Positions 18,786 through 29,508 of a DNA stretch of 64,000 nucleotides are shown piece after piece. Under the pieces are notes generated by a model. It was not told where the DNA came from and ran no database searches. It was given only the letters and a program-made list of their open reading frames with translations. The DNA comes from Planctomycetota bacterium. GTDB lineage: Bacteria > Planctomycetota > UBA1135 > UBA2386. The translations under genes and the position numbers were made by a program. The first letter of the stretch is position 1; each line of letters opens with the position of its first letter. The DNA lies in the NCBI GenBank assembly GCA_039815565.1, contig JBCBZB010000009.1, positions 21,461-85,460 on the forward strand, given 5' to 3'.

Positions 18786-21700
18786 CGCGTGCGGACCTCC
18801 TCGGTCAGAACTCGCGGTTCGCCTTCGTAGCGAAGCAGCCACCACTTGAGGCGCGGTGCCCGCTTCCAGCCTTGCGCCAGGAACGTGACAGGGTCGAACG
18901 CGCCGGGACGGAACACGTGCATCAGTCGAGCTTGGAACTTCTGCCCGTACTGCTCGATCGGGTTGGGCTCATCGTCTGGAGCCCCGTCCTCGAAGAACCA
19001 GAGATTCGGGTCGTCCTCAGGATCCGCATCCCATCCGGCGGTGTCGTCGATTCGCACCAGAGCCCGGATGTCGACGAGTTCGTCGTCGTTCTGCTCGTTC
19101 CACAAGAACCCGTCGAACCAGGCCGGGCCGTGATCGAGGGTGATCTGCAACTTCGCGAGCTCCGGGTCATCCGCACGCTCGTGGTAGCGATCCCAATAGC
19201 GCTGCGGGAACCAGAGGACCGGCGCCCCCGCCGAATGCGCGTTGGGCGCGGTGCCGTACCGCCCGCGGAAGAGCCCTTCACTGGCAGCATCTTCGTTGGC
19301 GGGATCGTACCAGCGCGGCATGCAGAGAAGGTTGCCGGCACGGATCCAGGTGTAGTGGACCAGCTCCTGATCGATCAGAAGCGTTCCACCGCTCCGTGGC
19401 AGGGTGCCGAGGTTCAGGATCTGAAGCTCGTCCTCGTTCCGGGATGCGCCACTCGTCAGCTGCGTGGCCGGATGATGCTCGAGGAAGTGCGCGATCGCGC
19501 CCTCGGAGTGCCCTCGGGGCTCGGTGCCGAGAACGCCACGACCACCCTGTGGAACAACGACCCGCCCGGTGTTCGCATCGAACGACTCGTAGACGATCAG
19601 TTCTCCATCGACCTGCAGCATTCCGCCGTTCTGCGGGAATCGCCGATCGGCGAGCTCATCCCACTGACGCGGCCGACGTTCGACCATGTTGCCGTCCACG
19701 GTCCGGACAGAACCCAGATCACCGGCTGCGGTGATCGTGACCAGCGGGCGAACGAAAAACTCGAGCGCGTCTTCCTGGACGTTCTGATCGAGTGGACGTG
19801 GGTCGACGTGACGCACGGTCAGCGCCAACTCATCGACCGTCGCGTTGGTCGGATTGCCGAGCCCGCCGTCCGATGGTCCAAGAGTCGCCTCATCGACATC
19901 GGCGACTGGCATCTCCCCACTCGGATACTTCACCATCCGGTCGAGCAGGCGCGGATCGTTCAGGTTCTCGTCGAACGGGAACGGATCCGTGAGCCCGAGG
20001 TAGCGGGCCCGCACCGGCGCTTCGAACGCGACCAAGGTCGACTGGAACGGCCCCCATCGCGGTTGCGCGGAGAGCTCGCCCGTCTGACCGTCGACCACGT
20101 CGGTCGCGATCGTCCGGGCCGCCCAACGCACCGTATGCCACTCGGCGGTCGGTGGGTTGCCGCTGGTTCGAGCGGTCCCCTGGATCAGAGCCACCCGGTC
20201 CCCATGCCCAGCGCGCGGAGCGCTCAGGCCGAGCTGACCACTCGAGTACTCCATCCGGTGCACCGGCAGCACACGCGTCCCGGCATTCTGCGGGTGACTC
20301 GAGGTCCCGACGATCCGGCTGTCCGACTCGGTGATATCGCTCAGATCGTCACCGCGGAACTTCAAGGCCCGACGAGCGGCACCGCAGGCTGGGAAGTCGA
20401 ATTCGAGTTGGTCGATGTAGCCGACCCCGATCGAGACGTCGCCGAGAGACTGATCGAACACCGGCCACGGCGTGTCCGGGTAGAGCGAATCGATCACCAT
20501 CTGGTCGGTGACGAACTGCACCTGGGTGATGTCCAGGGCGCCCGGACCGAACAAAGCCGTCATGACGTTCTGGAACGCCTGCGTATCCGCCCGGACCACG
20601 TCGTTGCTAAGGACCGTGTCGTAGCGCACCCACTCGGTCTGCGAGCGATCGTCCGGCGTGATCTGCAACCAGTTCACCAACTCGATGTCCTGACTGACCG
20701 ATCCCGAGACCGGGATCGAGATCGGCAGAACCATCAAGTAGGAGGTCGGGATCAGGTCCCGAGGTTGGTCGCGGATGTTGAGAAACTGCGCCTCGTCCCA
20801 ATCGACGACGAAGGTGCGTGGCTCCGCGCCGTTCGGGAACCGCAGGTCCCCGGCCCGAACCTGTCCGCGCAATCCGTTGAGGGTCACCGAACGCTGAATA
20901 CCATTCAGACGGTTGCCGGCGCGGGAGCCGTAGCTGATGACCTCCATGCCTCCGATTGGAAGCGGCGGGCGAGCCGCACCAAAGTCACCCGGTTGGCCGG
21001 GACGAGGCTGCGCTGTGTAGGCGGCCGGCAGCTGGACCAAGAGCGCGAAACCACCCGAACTCGGGAACGCACTCGAGATTCGCTCGGACGCCGCTGGGGC
21101 GGGCATGTCGGCCGAGACCGGATCTGACAACTCGATCGACGCGATGTTGGTCTCGGGTCGGAAGCCCTGACCGATCAGGTCGAACTGGTTGCCGCGCTGG
21201 ACGAAGATGTCGTCGAGACCCTGCTGATTCGCGACCCGGGCGACCGCGAAGGCTCCGAGCCCGTCCTGCAGTCGAAGCTCTCCGGGCTGCAGGAATCGGT
21301 TCGGGTAGACCGGCATCGAGTAGCCGTAGAGCTCGACCGCGGCTCCGACCGGGTGCTCGGGAGAACTCGCCTCGATGTCCACCTCGCCAGCCAACTCACG
21401 AGCGGTCTGCGGATCCGCGATGTTGCTCAGGTCGAGCTGACTGAAGAACCCGATGTTCGCGCGGCAGGCCCGACCGCCCATGCCGTCGCGGTAGTCGAGG
21501 TAGAAGTTGCTCCCGTCCCTGCTGCTGTATTCGATCAGCTCACGTCCGATGCGCAACACGCCGCGCTCCGGGAAGCCATCGGTGTTCTCGACCTGGATCT
21601 GTCCAAAGCGGCTCGAATCGGTCCGGAAGTCGATCCGTCCAAAGTCGGGGGCCCAGGACGCCAAGGCCTGCGTGAGGTAGGTGCGACCCGCCGCGTTGCC

Positions 21701-24220
21701 GCGCGGAACTCCATCGACGAGCAGCGAGAGTTGACCCGGTCGGTCACCGACACCCGAGAGACTCGCGTGATACCAGCGGTCGGCTTCGATCGGCAGATCG
21801 GTCAGCGGAACCTGGATGAGACCAGCGCTGCGGAGCGGCGCCGTCTGAGCCGCGTCCGGCTGCGGGTCGATGCCCCCCTCACCGACCACTTCGAACACGA
21901 GGTTCTGGTCGCGAAGGGACAAGTGGACGCGCGAGCGCTCGGCGGGACCGACGCTGGGGTCGATCACTTCGAACAAGGTCTGGTTGCCGGTGTCGTCGAG
22001 GCGGAACCAGAACTGGCACGCGAAGTTCCGAGTCAAACCCTGTGCCATCGTGAACGGGAACGCCGTCTGTCCACGAGCGACATCGGCGACATCCCCCTGT
22101 CCACGCGGGCCGATGTTGATGATCGAGTGCGTCCCCTCCGCGCCGAGATCCTTGCCCTCGGGATCGAGTGCGGTCCAGAAAGCCTCGTTGGTCTGAATCT
22201 GGTTCGGGTGCTGCTGAGGTGTCGTCGCGGTCAGCGGTTGGACCCAGGCGTCGTCCCCGCCGGTGCCCGGGAAGCGGGGCTGCCCCAGCTGGAGTCCTGG
22301 GAACAGCGTGGAAGCGAGGTGGCCGTTGACCGGTGAAGCCGGCAACAGGGTCTCACGAGTCTGCGCGTGCGTGTTGTTCGGCCCGAAGACCCACCACGGG
22401 TATTGGCGATCCAGTCGCGCGAACTCTTCGAGGCCTCGCTGGTCCGCCGCACCGTAGGTCAGTGGTTGACCGGGAACCGTCAGCGCCGTGCCCGTACGCT
22501 CGGACCGCGCCGCCTCTTCTCCGCTTGGAAGCAGCAACGAAGCCGCAGACCGGAACCGCACACTCGGCGCGGACTGGAAGACGATTGGAGCCGTGCCCAT
22601 CTCCACGGAGCCCGGGCAACCGAAGTGCATGGTCTCCCAGAGCGCGAAGACGAGGCCGCGATCCGCCTGCGAGATCCGATCGGATGAGCTGGGGAGGAAG
22701 ATCGGAAGCGCGCGCTGGAACAGATCTTCGAACCCCGTGAAGGGACGGAATTCCGCCACCGACTCGAGCTCCGAGAACAGATCCTCGGGCATCGTCTCTC
22801 GCAGGACTTCGAGCAACTCCTCCGACTGGAACCCGCCGTCTTCGCCTGAATCACCACCGAGCCCCCCGCCTCTCAGCAGCGTGATCGACGAAGCCATGCT
22901 GGACGCCTCCCGCTCACTTACGAAGGGCGTGCCCTCGGAGTTGCGATCGCCCTGCTGCACGACCAGTCCGGCGGGAGCCCGACGAATGTGCTGGAAGAGG
23001 GCCGCGAGCACTTCCGGACTCGCCGTGTTCAGATTCACCGGCACCGGGCTGATCGGTTCGACGAACGTCTCGGCATCCTGGAACGGCTGCAGCAACGGCA
23101 TCAGAAGCGTCAGGGAACCGGTTGTCGGAAGCTGGTAGTCGTTGCCACCACCTCCGTTCACCGCCCGGGCGACCAGCGCGTACTCCTGAAGCTCGCCATC
23201 TTGACTCCGCAGGCGAACGACACGGCCGCTGCCCAACGAAAGCGTTCCACGCACGAGCAGGCTCTTCTGCGGCTCGGTCTCCGACCGAGCGAAGATCCCG
23301 AAGACGCGCGACTCACGACCGAACCGGTCGGACGACTCACGCAGCCCGGCCGTCGTGACGAATCGCTCGAGGTGGTCGAGTTCTTCTTCGGAGAAGGTGT
23401 CGACTCCGAGCTCCGAGATCCGACTCAGCTCGCGAACCGACCCGTACGGCTGGCGCGTCGACCGATCACCGTCTCGAAGGTGCGGATAGAGGATCGCAGC
23501 GACGCATCGATAGTCTAGGACCAAGGCTCCGACCGGCACCGCGGTCTCCTCCTCGGCGTTCGGCCCGGGAGAGAACCCGAGTTCGGCGAACAACCCACGC
23601 TCGATGCCCTGGAAGCGCCCTTCGTCGATCTGGTCGTAGTGGATGACTTCGGCGCCAAGCAGGAGAAACCCTGAATCCGAAAAGGCATCGAGCGAGCCGT
23701 CGACCGCAAGCTCGCTCGCGTCGGGCGTGAACTCCTCGGCCACCCGGACCGACAATCCGAGCAGGTTCGCGAGAACCAGAGGCGTCGCCGAATCGAGGTG
23801 GAAGAACCGCTGGGTGTCCTCGACCGATCCCGAGATCAGCAAGGTCTCGCCTTCGTCCGGGTCACCGATCGCGAGGCGATCCGGAACCGAAAAGCTCTGC
23901 GGGAACTCGTCGACCCCGTCGACAACTGGCGTCGAGTCGACCCCATAGGTCGTGTCCTGCGCCTGCGTCAGCATCGCATCGCGCGCCGACACCGAAGCCG
24001 ACTCGGCCTGCAGCTCTCGAACGGCGAACGCCGCCGCGGTCCGACCGCGCCCCATGCTGAGGACGAACGGTGTAGCGATCGCGAGGAGGACACTGATCGT
24101 GACGAGCACCGCGATCAGAGCGAAACCGTCGGTCTTGATGCCGCGGGCCACACCGGATCGGGGCGTCATCTCCACCGCCGCCCCGTTCACGGGCGACTGC
24201 ATCACTGGCGATCGGTTCAT
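18782..24220 (-). CDS. Giant GspK/PilX-like pilin (1812 aa) with LamG-like domain and repeated beta modules
   Basis: G|FALIAVLV (no Glu5, K/X-type); GspK-like VNLNTASPEVLAAL; LamG-like QFWFR..RWYH..LLVDG; repeated FP..G.L.I..E.I.Y modules. Confidence 0.75.
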   Translation of the reverse strand: MNRSPVMQSPVNGAAVEMTPRSGVARGIKTDGFALIAVLVTISVLLAIATPFVLSMGRGRTAAAFAVRELQAESASVSARDAMLTQAQDTTYGVDSTPVVDGVDEFPQSFSVPDRLAIGDPDEGETLLISGSVEDTQRFFHLDSATPLVLANLLGLSVRVAEEFTPDASELAVDGSLDAFSDSGFLLLGAEVIHYDQIDEGRFQGIERGLFAELGFSPGPNAEEETAVPVGALVLDYRCVAAILYPHLRDGDRSTRQPYGSVRELSRISELGVDTFSEEELDHLERFVTTAGLRESSDRFGRESRVFGIFARSETEPQKSLLVRGTLSLGSGRVVRLRSQDGELQEYALVARAVNGGGGNDYQLPTTGSLTLLMPLLQPFQDAETFVEPISPVPVNLNTASPEVLAALFQHIRRAPAGLVVQQGDRNSEGTPFVSEREASSMASSITLLRGGGLGGDSGEDGGFQSEELLEVLRETMPEDLFSELESVAEFRPFTGFEDLFQRALPIFLPSSSDRISQADRGLVFALWETMHFGCPGSVEMGTAPIVFQSAPSVRFRSAASLLLPSGEEAARSERTGTALTVPGQPLTYGAADQRGLEEFARLDRQYPWWVFGPNNTHAQTRETLLPASPVNGHLASTLFPGLQLGQPRFPGTGGDDAWVQPLTATTPQQHPNQIQTNEAFWTALDPEGKDLGAEGTHSIINIGPRGQGDVADVARGQTAFPFTMAQGLTRNFACQFWFRLDDTGNQTLFEVIDPSVGPAERSRVHLSLRDQNLVFEVVGEGGIDPQPDAAQTAPLRSAGLIQVPLTDLPIEADRWYHASLSGVGDRPGQLSLLVDGVPRGNAAGRTYLTQALASWAPDFGRIDFRTDSSRFGQIQVENTDGFPERGVLRIGRELIEYSSRDGSNFYLDYRDGMGGRACRANIGFFSQLDLSNIADPQTARELAGEVDIEASSPEHPVGAAVELYGYSMPVYPNRFLQPGELRLQDGLGAFAVARVANQQGLDDIFVQRGNQFDLIGQGFRPETNIASIELSDPVSADMPAPAASERISSAFPSSGGFALLVQLPAAYTAQPRPGQPGDFGAARPPLPIGGMEVISYGSRAGNRLNGIQRSVTLNGLRGQVRAGDLRFPNGAEPRTFVVDWDEAQFLNIRDQPRDLIPTSYLMVLPISIPVSGSVSQDIELVNWLQITPDDRSQTEWVRYDTVLSNDVVRADTQAFQNVMTALFGPGALDITQVQFVTDQMVIDSLYPDTPWPVFDQSLGDVSIGVGYIDQLEFDFPACGAARRALKFRGDDLSDITESDSRIVGTSSHPQNAGTRVLPVHRMEYSSGQLGLSAPRAGHGDRVALIQGTARTSGNPPTAEWHTVRWAARTIATDVVDGQTGELSAQPRWGPFQSTLVAFEAPVRARYLGLTDPFPFDENLNDPRLLDRMVKYPSGEMPVADVDEATLGPSDGGLGNPTNATVDELALTVRHVDPRPLDQNVQEDALEFFVRPLVTITAAGDLGSVRTVDGNMVERRPRQWDELADRRFPQNGGMLQVDGELIVYESFDANTGRVVVPQGGRGVLGTEPRGHSEGAIAHFLEHHPATQLTSGASRNEDELQILNLGTLPRSGGTLLIDQELVHYTWIRAGNLLCMPRWYDPANEDAASEGLFRGRYGTAPNAHSAGAPVLWFPQRYWDRYHERADDPELAKLQITLDHGPAWFDGFLWNEQNDDELVDIRALVRIDDTAGWDADPEDDPNLWFFEDGAPDDEPNPIEQYGQKFQARLMHVFRPGAFDPVTFLAQGWKRAPRLKWWLLRYEGEPRVLTEEVRTR

Positions 24221-25254
24221 TGGATGGCTCCCGTCGGAGTGACACTCAGGGTCTCGGTCAGATCCCCGAACTCGAGTTCGATCAGATCACCGACCTCCAA
24301 CAGTCCGCGATCGTCGAAACGGATGCGCGGCGGCCCACCGACGAACCTCACGGTCGCAGGAATCGCTTGCTCGTCCCCCTCGGCATAGGCCCAGAGCTGC
24401 ACGGAGTCGATCAAACCGAAGACCGGCTGGTCCCCCGCGGAGACGACGAGAACGTCCTGCGCGGTCTGCAACAGTGGGAGACTGGAAGGCTCGGCGGCGA
24501 CCTCCCGGTCGTCGATCCGCATCGAAACACGCCGTCCATCCTGGATCAGGTCGAGGGCATGCCATTGGTTCTGGCGGAGCGGGATGTCCGACTGCAGAAG
24601 GATCGGAGCGCCGGGCGTTCCACCACCCGTGGTCGGGGTCACCCGCGCACGGAGAAACATGTCGGGATCGACGGTCCACTCGACACTCGTCCCGAACCGA
24701 AGCAGGGTCATCTCCTCCCGCTCGTCCAACCGAACGTCCATGCGGAAGACGAAGCCTTCAGAAAGGTCGAACGAGTTTCGGCGACCGACCGAGATCCGAA
24801 GCCCGGACTTCGGGTCGTCGACCAGGGGACGCAACGCCTCGCCGAATCGGCCGGCTTGGAAGCTCCCGACCCGTTCGGTTCCGGAAGGCGCGAAGTCGAA
24901 GGACTGATCAGACTCCATGTGCCAGTGCGCGACCGCCTCCAGGCGACGCGCCTTGACCCGGATCGCCTGACCGGGCTCCTGGCCCTCGAAGACAACCTCG
25001 CACGGAACATGCCGCGCCGCCGCCGTCTCCCGCGCGAGCCGGACCTGATCACGAAGGATGGTCCGGGCGACGTCGAGGTCACTTCCACGACGACGCAACA
25101 TGCCGACACCGAGCCCCATGAGGATGCTGAGCAGAGACAGCACGACCAGGAGCTCGATGAGGGTGAACCCGCCGACACCAACGCCGTGGACGCGCCGCCC
25201 ATAGAAGGCGGGCGATTGATTGCCTTCGCTCAGTCGCTCCATCAATTGATTCAT
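24217..25254 (-). CDS. Prepilin-type protein (GspH/FimT-like) with LamG-like domain
   Basis: G|FTLIELLVVL; LARETAAARH; AHWHME, GRFGEAL, NQWHAL..MRIDD. Confidence 0.82.
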   Translation of the reverse strand: MNQLMERLSEGNQSPAFYGRRVHGVGVGGFTLIELLVVLSLLSILMGLGVGMLRRRGSDLDVARTILRDQVRLARETAAARHVPCEVVFEGQEPGQAIRVKARRLEAVAHWHMESDQSFDFAPSGTERVGSFQAGRFGEALRPLVDDPKSGLRISVGRRNSFDLSEGFVFRMDVRLDEREEMTLLRFGTSVEWTVDPDMFLRARVTPTTGGGTPGAPILLQSDIPLRQNQWHALDLIQDGRRVSMRIDDREVAAEPSSLPLLQTAQDVLVVSAGDQPVFGLIDSVQLWAYAEGDEQAIPATVRFVGGPPRIRFDDRGLLEVGDLIELEFGDLTETLSVTPTGAIQ

Positions 25255-25297
25255 GGACCTCGGCTGCGATCGCGGGACACGACCGCAGAAGCCTCAC

Positions 25298-25996
25298 TCA
25301 CTGACGCGGGTAGAAGAGATCGTCCTCGGTGTCGAACTCCTGATCCGGTCCAGCCGAGATCAGCTGGAAGCCACGCGGGTTCCGATACTCACCACTGTCG
25401 TCCTTCCACGGGCGAACCGTCATCTCCAGGCCGGGCTCATCCGCGATCTCCCGACCGACGACGGTGTCCTTGCCGGAGTAGTCGCTGCCGACCCGGCCGC
25501 TGAAGTAGGCAAACGGCGTTCCCCAGGCGTCGACGATCTCGACCCGTTCGCTGCGGCCGAGGCCGGGGATGTCTTTCGCCAGCTTGTCGCCGTCGGTGTT
25601 GGCGAACCAATCGACATTCTGCGACAGGTCACCGCTCTTCGGCGTGTTCGCGAGGTGAAGGATCAGGGACTCGATGCCGCCGTTCTTGCCGTTGCCCTTG
25701 CCGAGATCCCAGTTCTTCTGTCGGTTGCCGAAGGTCGAACCATCGTCCGGGGGGTGCTGCCCGTGGATGTCCTTGTAGGCCAGGATCATCGTCTGCAACT
25801 TGGTCGCGCGACCGGTGGTCTCAGCCTCCTGACCGCCGAGAATCGCGTTCCGCAGACTCGGTGTCAGAGCGACGATCAGCATCGAGATGATGCCGATAAC
25901 CACCAGGATCTCGACCAGGGTGAAGCCGTCCTCGACTTCGTGAGTCGTCTTCGGCTGCGTTCGCGGCTCCGAGTTCGGAAGTTCCATCGCTGTCAT
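25298..25996 (-). CDS. GspG-like major pseudopilin
   Basis: G|FTLVEILVVIGII; DAWGTPFAY and FQLISAGPDQEFDTEDD T2SS-G C-terminal motif. Confidence 0.85.
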   Translation of the reverse strand: MTAMELPNSEPRTQPKTTHEVEDGFTLVEILVVIGIISMLIVALTPSLRNAILGGQEAETTGRATKLQTMILAYKDIHGQHPPDDGSTFGNRQKNWDLGKGNGKNGGIESLILHLANTPKSGDLSQNVDWFANTDGDKLAKDIPGLGRSERVEIVDAWGTPFAYFSGRVGSDYSGKDTVVGREIADEPGLEMTVRPWKDDSGEYRNPRGFQLISAGPDQEFDTEDDLFYPRQ

Positions 25997-26030
25997 GCTC
26001 CGTTGAGATAGGGGCGGCTCGGTCCGCCGG

Positions 26031-28667
26031 TCACTCCGACCGGCGACGAACCAGGCGGAAGTCGTCGAACCGCAGATCGACGCCCGAGCCCAGGGCCCGC
26101 ATCGAGATGCGCATCGGCTTGCTGTTGCCACGAGTCCGCAGAGAACGGGTCTTCTCGATCCGATGGATCTCCCTCCCGTTCCAGCGAAGGACGAGGCCGA
26201 GCTGGGTCTGCACCTGCCCGGTTTCCGCGTCGATGACCGGAATCGCCTCGATCTCCAAGCGATGTTCACCGATCGCGGAGACTCCGCTGAGAACCTCACT
26301 CAGATCGATCGCCTGGGGACCGTCCTCATTCCGACCATCCTCGATCACGAGACGAGGGGCGAGACCGCCGACTCGACTCGTGCTGGTGTAGCCGATGTCG
26401 ATCGAGAACGGCTTGCCCTCGAGCTCGAGATGGAGACCAGCGAAGCCGGTCCCGGCCGTGGCTTTCATCTCGAGCGTGGCGGCCACGGACAGGAAGTCAC
26501 TCCCCGGCACATCCCGGGTCAACGAGCCCTCTTCTCGACGAGAGTCGTTGTTCTGGAACGCGACCCGGCCGTCGGCGATCGTCGGACGCAAGGAGCCGTC
26601 GCGCTGCCAGAACTCGCCGATCGAGTCTCGATCGAAGTCGTCGAGCACCTGCTCCTTCGCTGCGTGGTCGTCGATCCGCTGAATCGTCTCCAGCGCGAAC
26701 TGCTTGGTTTCGACCAACCGCGACGGGTCGCTGGTGATCGGCACGAGCCGCTCGCGAGCGAGACGCGCCCGTCCGCTGCGGTAGTCGAGGATCGCGAGGC
26801 CGAGGTCACCGAAGTCCGACCCGCGCTCCGCGGCACTCCGCCAAGCGCGACGTGACGGCCCCAGATTGCCGGCCTGGCTGTGCGCGAGGCCCTGCATCTC
26901 GAGGAACAAGACCGCGTCCGACTGCGAGCCGTCCAGCTCCACGAGACTGTCCGCATAGCGAGCCGCATCGGCCAGTGCCTGACCACCCTCGGCGCCGAGC
27001 TCAATCGCCCGATCGAAGAGAGCCCGCACTGACTCAGCCAGAGCCATTCCGAAGTCGTCCCGCTCGGAGAGCAGGCGACGCAAGGACTCGAGTGAGCCCA
27101 CCGGGTCTCCGTCGAGTCGAAGCCGGCGGCCAGCGAGGTAGAGCACGTAGAAGTCGTCCGGCGAAGCGGTCACCGCCCGCTGCATCGCATCGGTCGCTTC
27201 GGCGTCGTGACCGGTCAGCTCGTAGAGCACGGACATCGCGGCGAACGCACGACCACGCAGAAGCGGAGCCTCGTTGGCCGCCCGTTGCAGCCCGTACCGC
27301 GCCTGGTCGAAGTTACCGGCTCGCAGCGCAGCAGCCCCAAGAGCGAAGGCTGACGGGCCGTCCCCCTGAAGGGTCAACTCCTCGAACACCGTGATCGCCT
27401 CACTGAGTTCTCCCTTCGCATAGGCGAGCGCACCACGCAGTTGCTGAAGGCGAAGCCCATCCAGCCCTGCACCGACGCGGTCGAAGGCGGACGAGGCCGC
27501 CTCCAGCTCACCGACCGCCAAGTAGGCCTCGACGGCGATGGCGTAGACCCTGGACCGGGCCTCGGCCCCGGACAGCGTGCCGACGACCGACAGAGCGAGA
27601 TCCATCGTGGAGCGAGCTTCGACCAGACGACCACGCGCAAGGAGGAAGTCCCCGAGGGCCGACAGGTTCGCCGCGTCCCGTGGACGCAGCTCCACGGCTC
27701 GACGGAGAGACTTCTCCGCCAGCTCATCGAGCGTCAATCGAGCCGCGAGTCTTCCCCGCTCTCGATGGATGTAGTCGACGTCGGAGAGGTTCTGTTCGTC
27801 GAGCTTGCGGTAGAACTCGAACTCCCGGACCGCGTCACCCTGGGCACGCAGGACCCGCAGGGTCCATAGATGCCCGAGCTCGCTGCTGGCGAGCTCATTC
27901 AGCAAGCGTTCGGCCTGGGTCTCCGCGATCGTGTAGACGCGGGGCTCGGTTCGGGCCTGCTCGAGCAACCACTCGAGGAAGGGCTCGCGCTCCTCCACAC
28001 CACCGATGCGCTCGACGGATCGCCGACGACGCTCGATCCGGTTGTCGAGCGAATCCGCGAGGCGGACCCTCGTCGCATCCTCGATATCGATCGGTTGACC
28101 TTGGGGCACCCGCCGATCGCGGTCGTAGAACTGGAACTTGATCTTCCGGTTCGGGACCGCGTTCTCGAGCGAGAACGGATCCTGATCCACGACTCGACCG
28201 ATCAACGGCTCGCGACGCCCCTCCTGCCAGATCTTGTCGAAGAACGGATCGCTCTCGGGATCCGTGTCGACCGGCCCGGAGAGGACGACCCCCGATTCGG
28301 GCTCATAGTCGCTGAAGCTGTGCGCCGTCGGCGTGACCCCGCTGGCGACCAGTTGGTGCATCGCCCCGCTGCGCTGCCCGATGGGGAGCGGCGGGTAGAC
28401 GACCGGAAGGTCTTCGAGTCTCGGAGTCGGCAGGTCCCGCGGAGGAAGCGGAATCGCCTCGGTCGGCTCGCGGAACAGCAGACCACGAAGCCCCACCTCG
28501 CCGAGTCCCGGCATTTCCGGCAGAGGAGCCGGCGGCGGAGTGAACTCGAGCCAGTCCTTGGGGTTCGCACTGCTGCGGACCGTCTGGTCCTCGCGGCCGG
28601 TGTAGATCACCGCACCGACCACGAGGGCGAGGATGAAGAGGATCTGTTCTTTGCGCAGTTCCATCAC
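26031..28667 (-). CDS. Membrane-anchored multi-TPR protein with C-terminal beta-sandwich region
   Basis: N-terminal TM helix; many TPR-like helical pairs (e.g. LRRAVELRPRDAANLSALGDFL); C-terminal DDFRLV. Confidence 0.75.
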   Translation of the reverse strand: MMELRKEQILFILALVVGAVIYTGREDQTVRSSANPKDWLEFTPPPAPLPEMPGLGEVGLRGLLFREPTEAIPLPPRDLPTPRLEDLPVVYPPLPIGQRSGAMHQLVASGVTPTAHSFSDYEPESGVVLSGPVDTDPESDPFFDKIWQEGRREPLIGRVVDQDPFSLENAVPNRKIKFQFYDRDRRVPQGQPIDIEDATRVRLADSLDNRIERRRRSVERIGGVEEREPFLEWLLEQARTEPRVYTIAETQAERLLNELASSELGHLWTLRVLRAQGDAVREFEFYRKLDEQNLSDVDYIHRERGRLAARLTLDELAEKSLRRAVELRPRDAANLSALGDFLLARGRLVEARSTMDLALSVVGTLSGAEARSRVYAIAVEAYLAVGELEAASSAFDRVGAGLDGLRLQQLRGALAYAKGELSEAITVFEELTLQGDGPSAFALGAAALRAGNFDQARYGLQRAANEAPLLRGRAFAAMSVLYELTGHDAEATDAMQRAVTASPDDFYVLYLAGRRLRLDGDPVGSLESLRRLLSERDDFGMALAESVRALFDRAIELGAEGGQALADAARYADSLVELDGSQSDAVLFLEMQGLAHSQAGNLGPSRRAWRSAAERGSDFGDLGLAILDYRSGRARLARERLVPITSDPSRLVETKQFALETIQRIDDHAAKEQVLDDFDRDSIGEFWQRDGSLRPTIADGRVAFQNNDSRREEGSLTRDVPGSDFLSVAATLEMKATAGTGFAGLHLELEGKPFSIDIGYTSTSRVGGLAPRLVIEDGRNEDGPQAIDLSEVLSGVSAIGEHRLEIEAIPVIDAETGQVQTQLGLVLRWNGREIHRIEKTRSLRTRGNSKPMRISMRALGSGVDLRFDDFRLVRRRSE

Positions 28668-28686
28668 TTCGACCAGCTCGCGCTGG

Positions 28687-29508
28687 TCAGGACCTCCCCT
28701 CGGAAGTCGTTTCCCGGAGGAGAACGCCGCGAACGGTCACGTTCACCGTGACCGGATCGTTCAGCTGATCGCCACGATCGACCTTCAGGTCCGGCGCGAT
28801 CGTCAACACCGGCGACGCCGACTCCAGCCGGCGCAACCACTCGACGAGCGTGCGATCTCCACATCGGAAACGCATCTGCACGTCGAACACATCGATCGGT
28901 CCTTCGTCGCGACGGCGACGGTTCCGACGCCCCCGCGAAGTCGAAGTCGACTTCTTCGCGGTCACTTTCTCGATCTGCAGGAGACCGAGCGCCTCCGGAT
29001 GCTCTTGCCGCACCAAGCGCGAGGCGTCGAACAAACGCGCGACCGCGTGATCGAGAACGCAGAGAGTCGTCACCGCGCGCTCGATCTCGTCTCGACCGAC
29101 CGGAGGATCCCAGGACAGGTCTTCCTCCTCGAACTCGATGCCGTCTTCGAGTGCTTGCTCGCGCACCGCGCGACGAACTCGAGCGGCGAGCTCGGGGTAG
29201 AAGATTTCCGGGTCGCCTTTGCCGTCGAGGGTGAAGTCCTCTCCGGGAACGAGAACGGTCGAACCGCGAAGCCTCGAGGTCTCGGTCTCGAACGTCTCCC
29301 GGGTCTGAATCGCCGAATCCCGCGAGTCGCGGTCGTAGACCTCGGCACGGATGATCTGACGCCGACGAGACGAAGCCGTCTGCAGGGCATCGCCGCCGCC
29401 GAAGGCCTCATCGACGATGTAATCGGCGACGAAGAAGACTCCGAGCCCGATCAGGGCGCCCATCAAGAAGCGCTTGTTCTGTTGTAGGAAGTCCTGAGCG
29501 TCCATCAC
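28687..29508 (-). CDS. PilO/GspM-like membrane protein
   Basis: N-terminal TM, coiled coil, ferredoxin-like C-terminus; directly follows pilMN with 4-nt overlap. Confidence 0.55.
   Translation of the reverse strand: MMDAQDFLQQNKRFLMGALIGLGVFFVADYIVDEAFGGGDALQTASSRRRQIIRAEVYDRDSRDSAIQTRETFETETSRLRGSTVLVPGEDFTLDGKGDPEIFYPELAARVRRAVREQALEDGIEFEEEDLSWDPPVGRDEIERAVTTLCVLDHAVARLFDASRLVRQEHPEALGLLQIEKVTAKKSTSTSRGRRNRRRRDEGPIDVFDVQMRFRCGDRTLVEWLRRLESASPVLTIAPDLKVDRGDQLNDPVTVNVTVRGVLLRETTSEGRS

Noticed and set aside
18872-21127. Long antisense ORFs (also 3696-5624, 5738-7705, 31484-33712, 55861-57597)
   Set aside because: Shadow frames of well-supported genes in GC-rich DNA; no recognisable motifs
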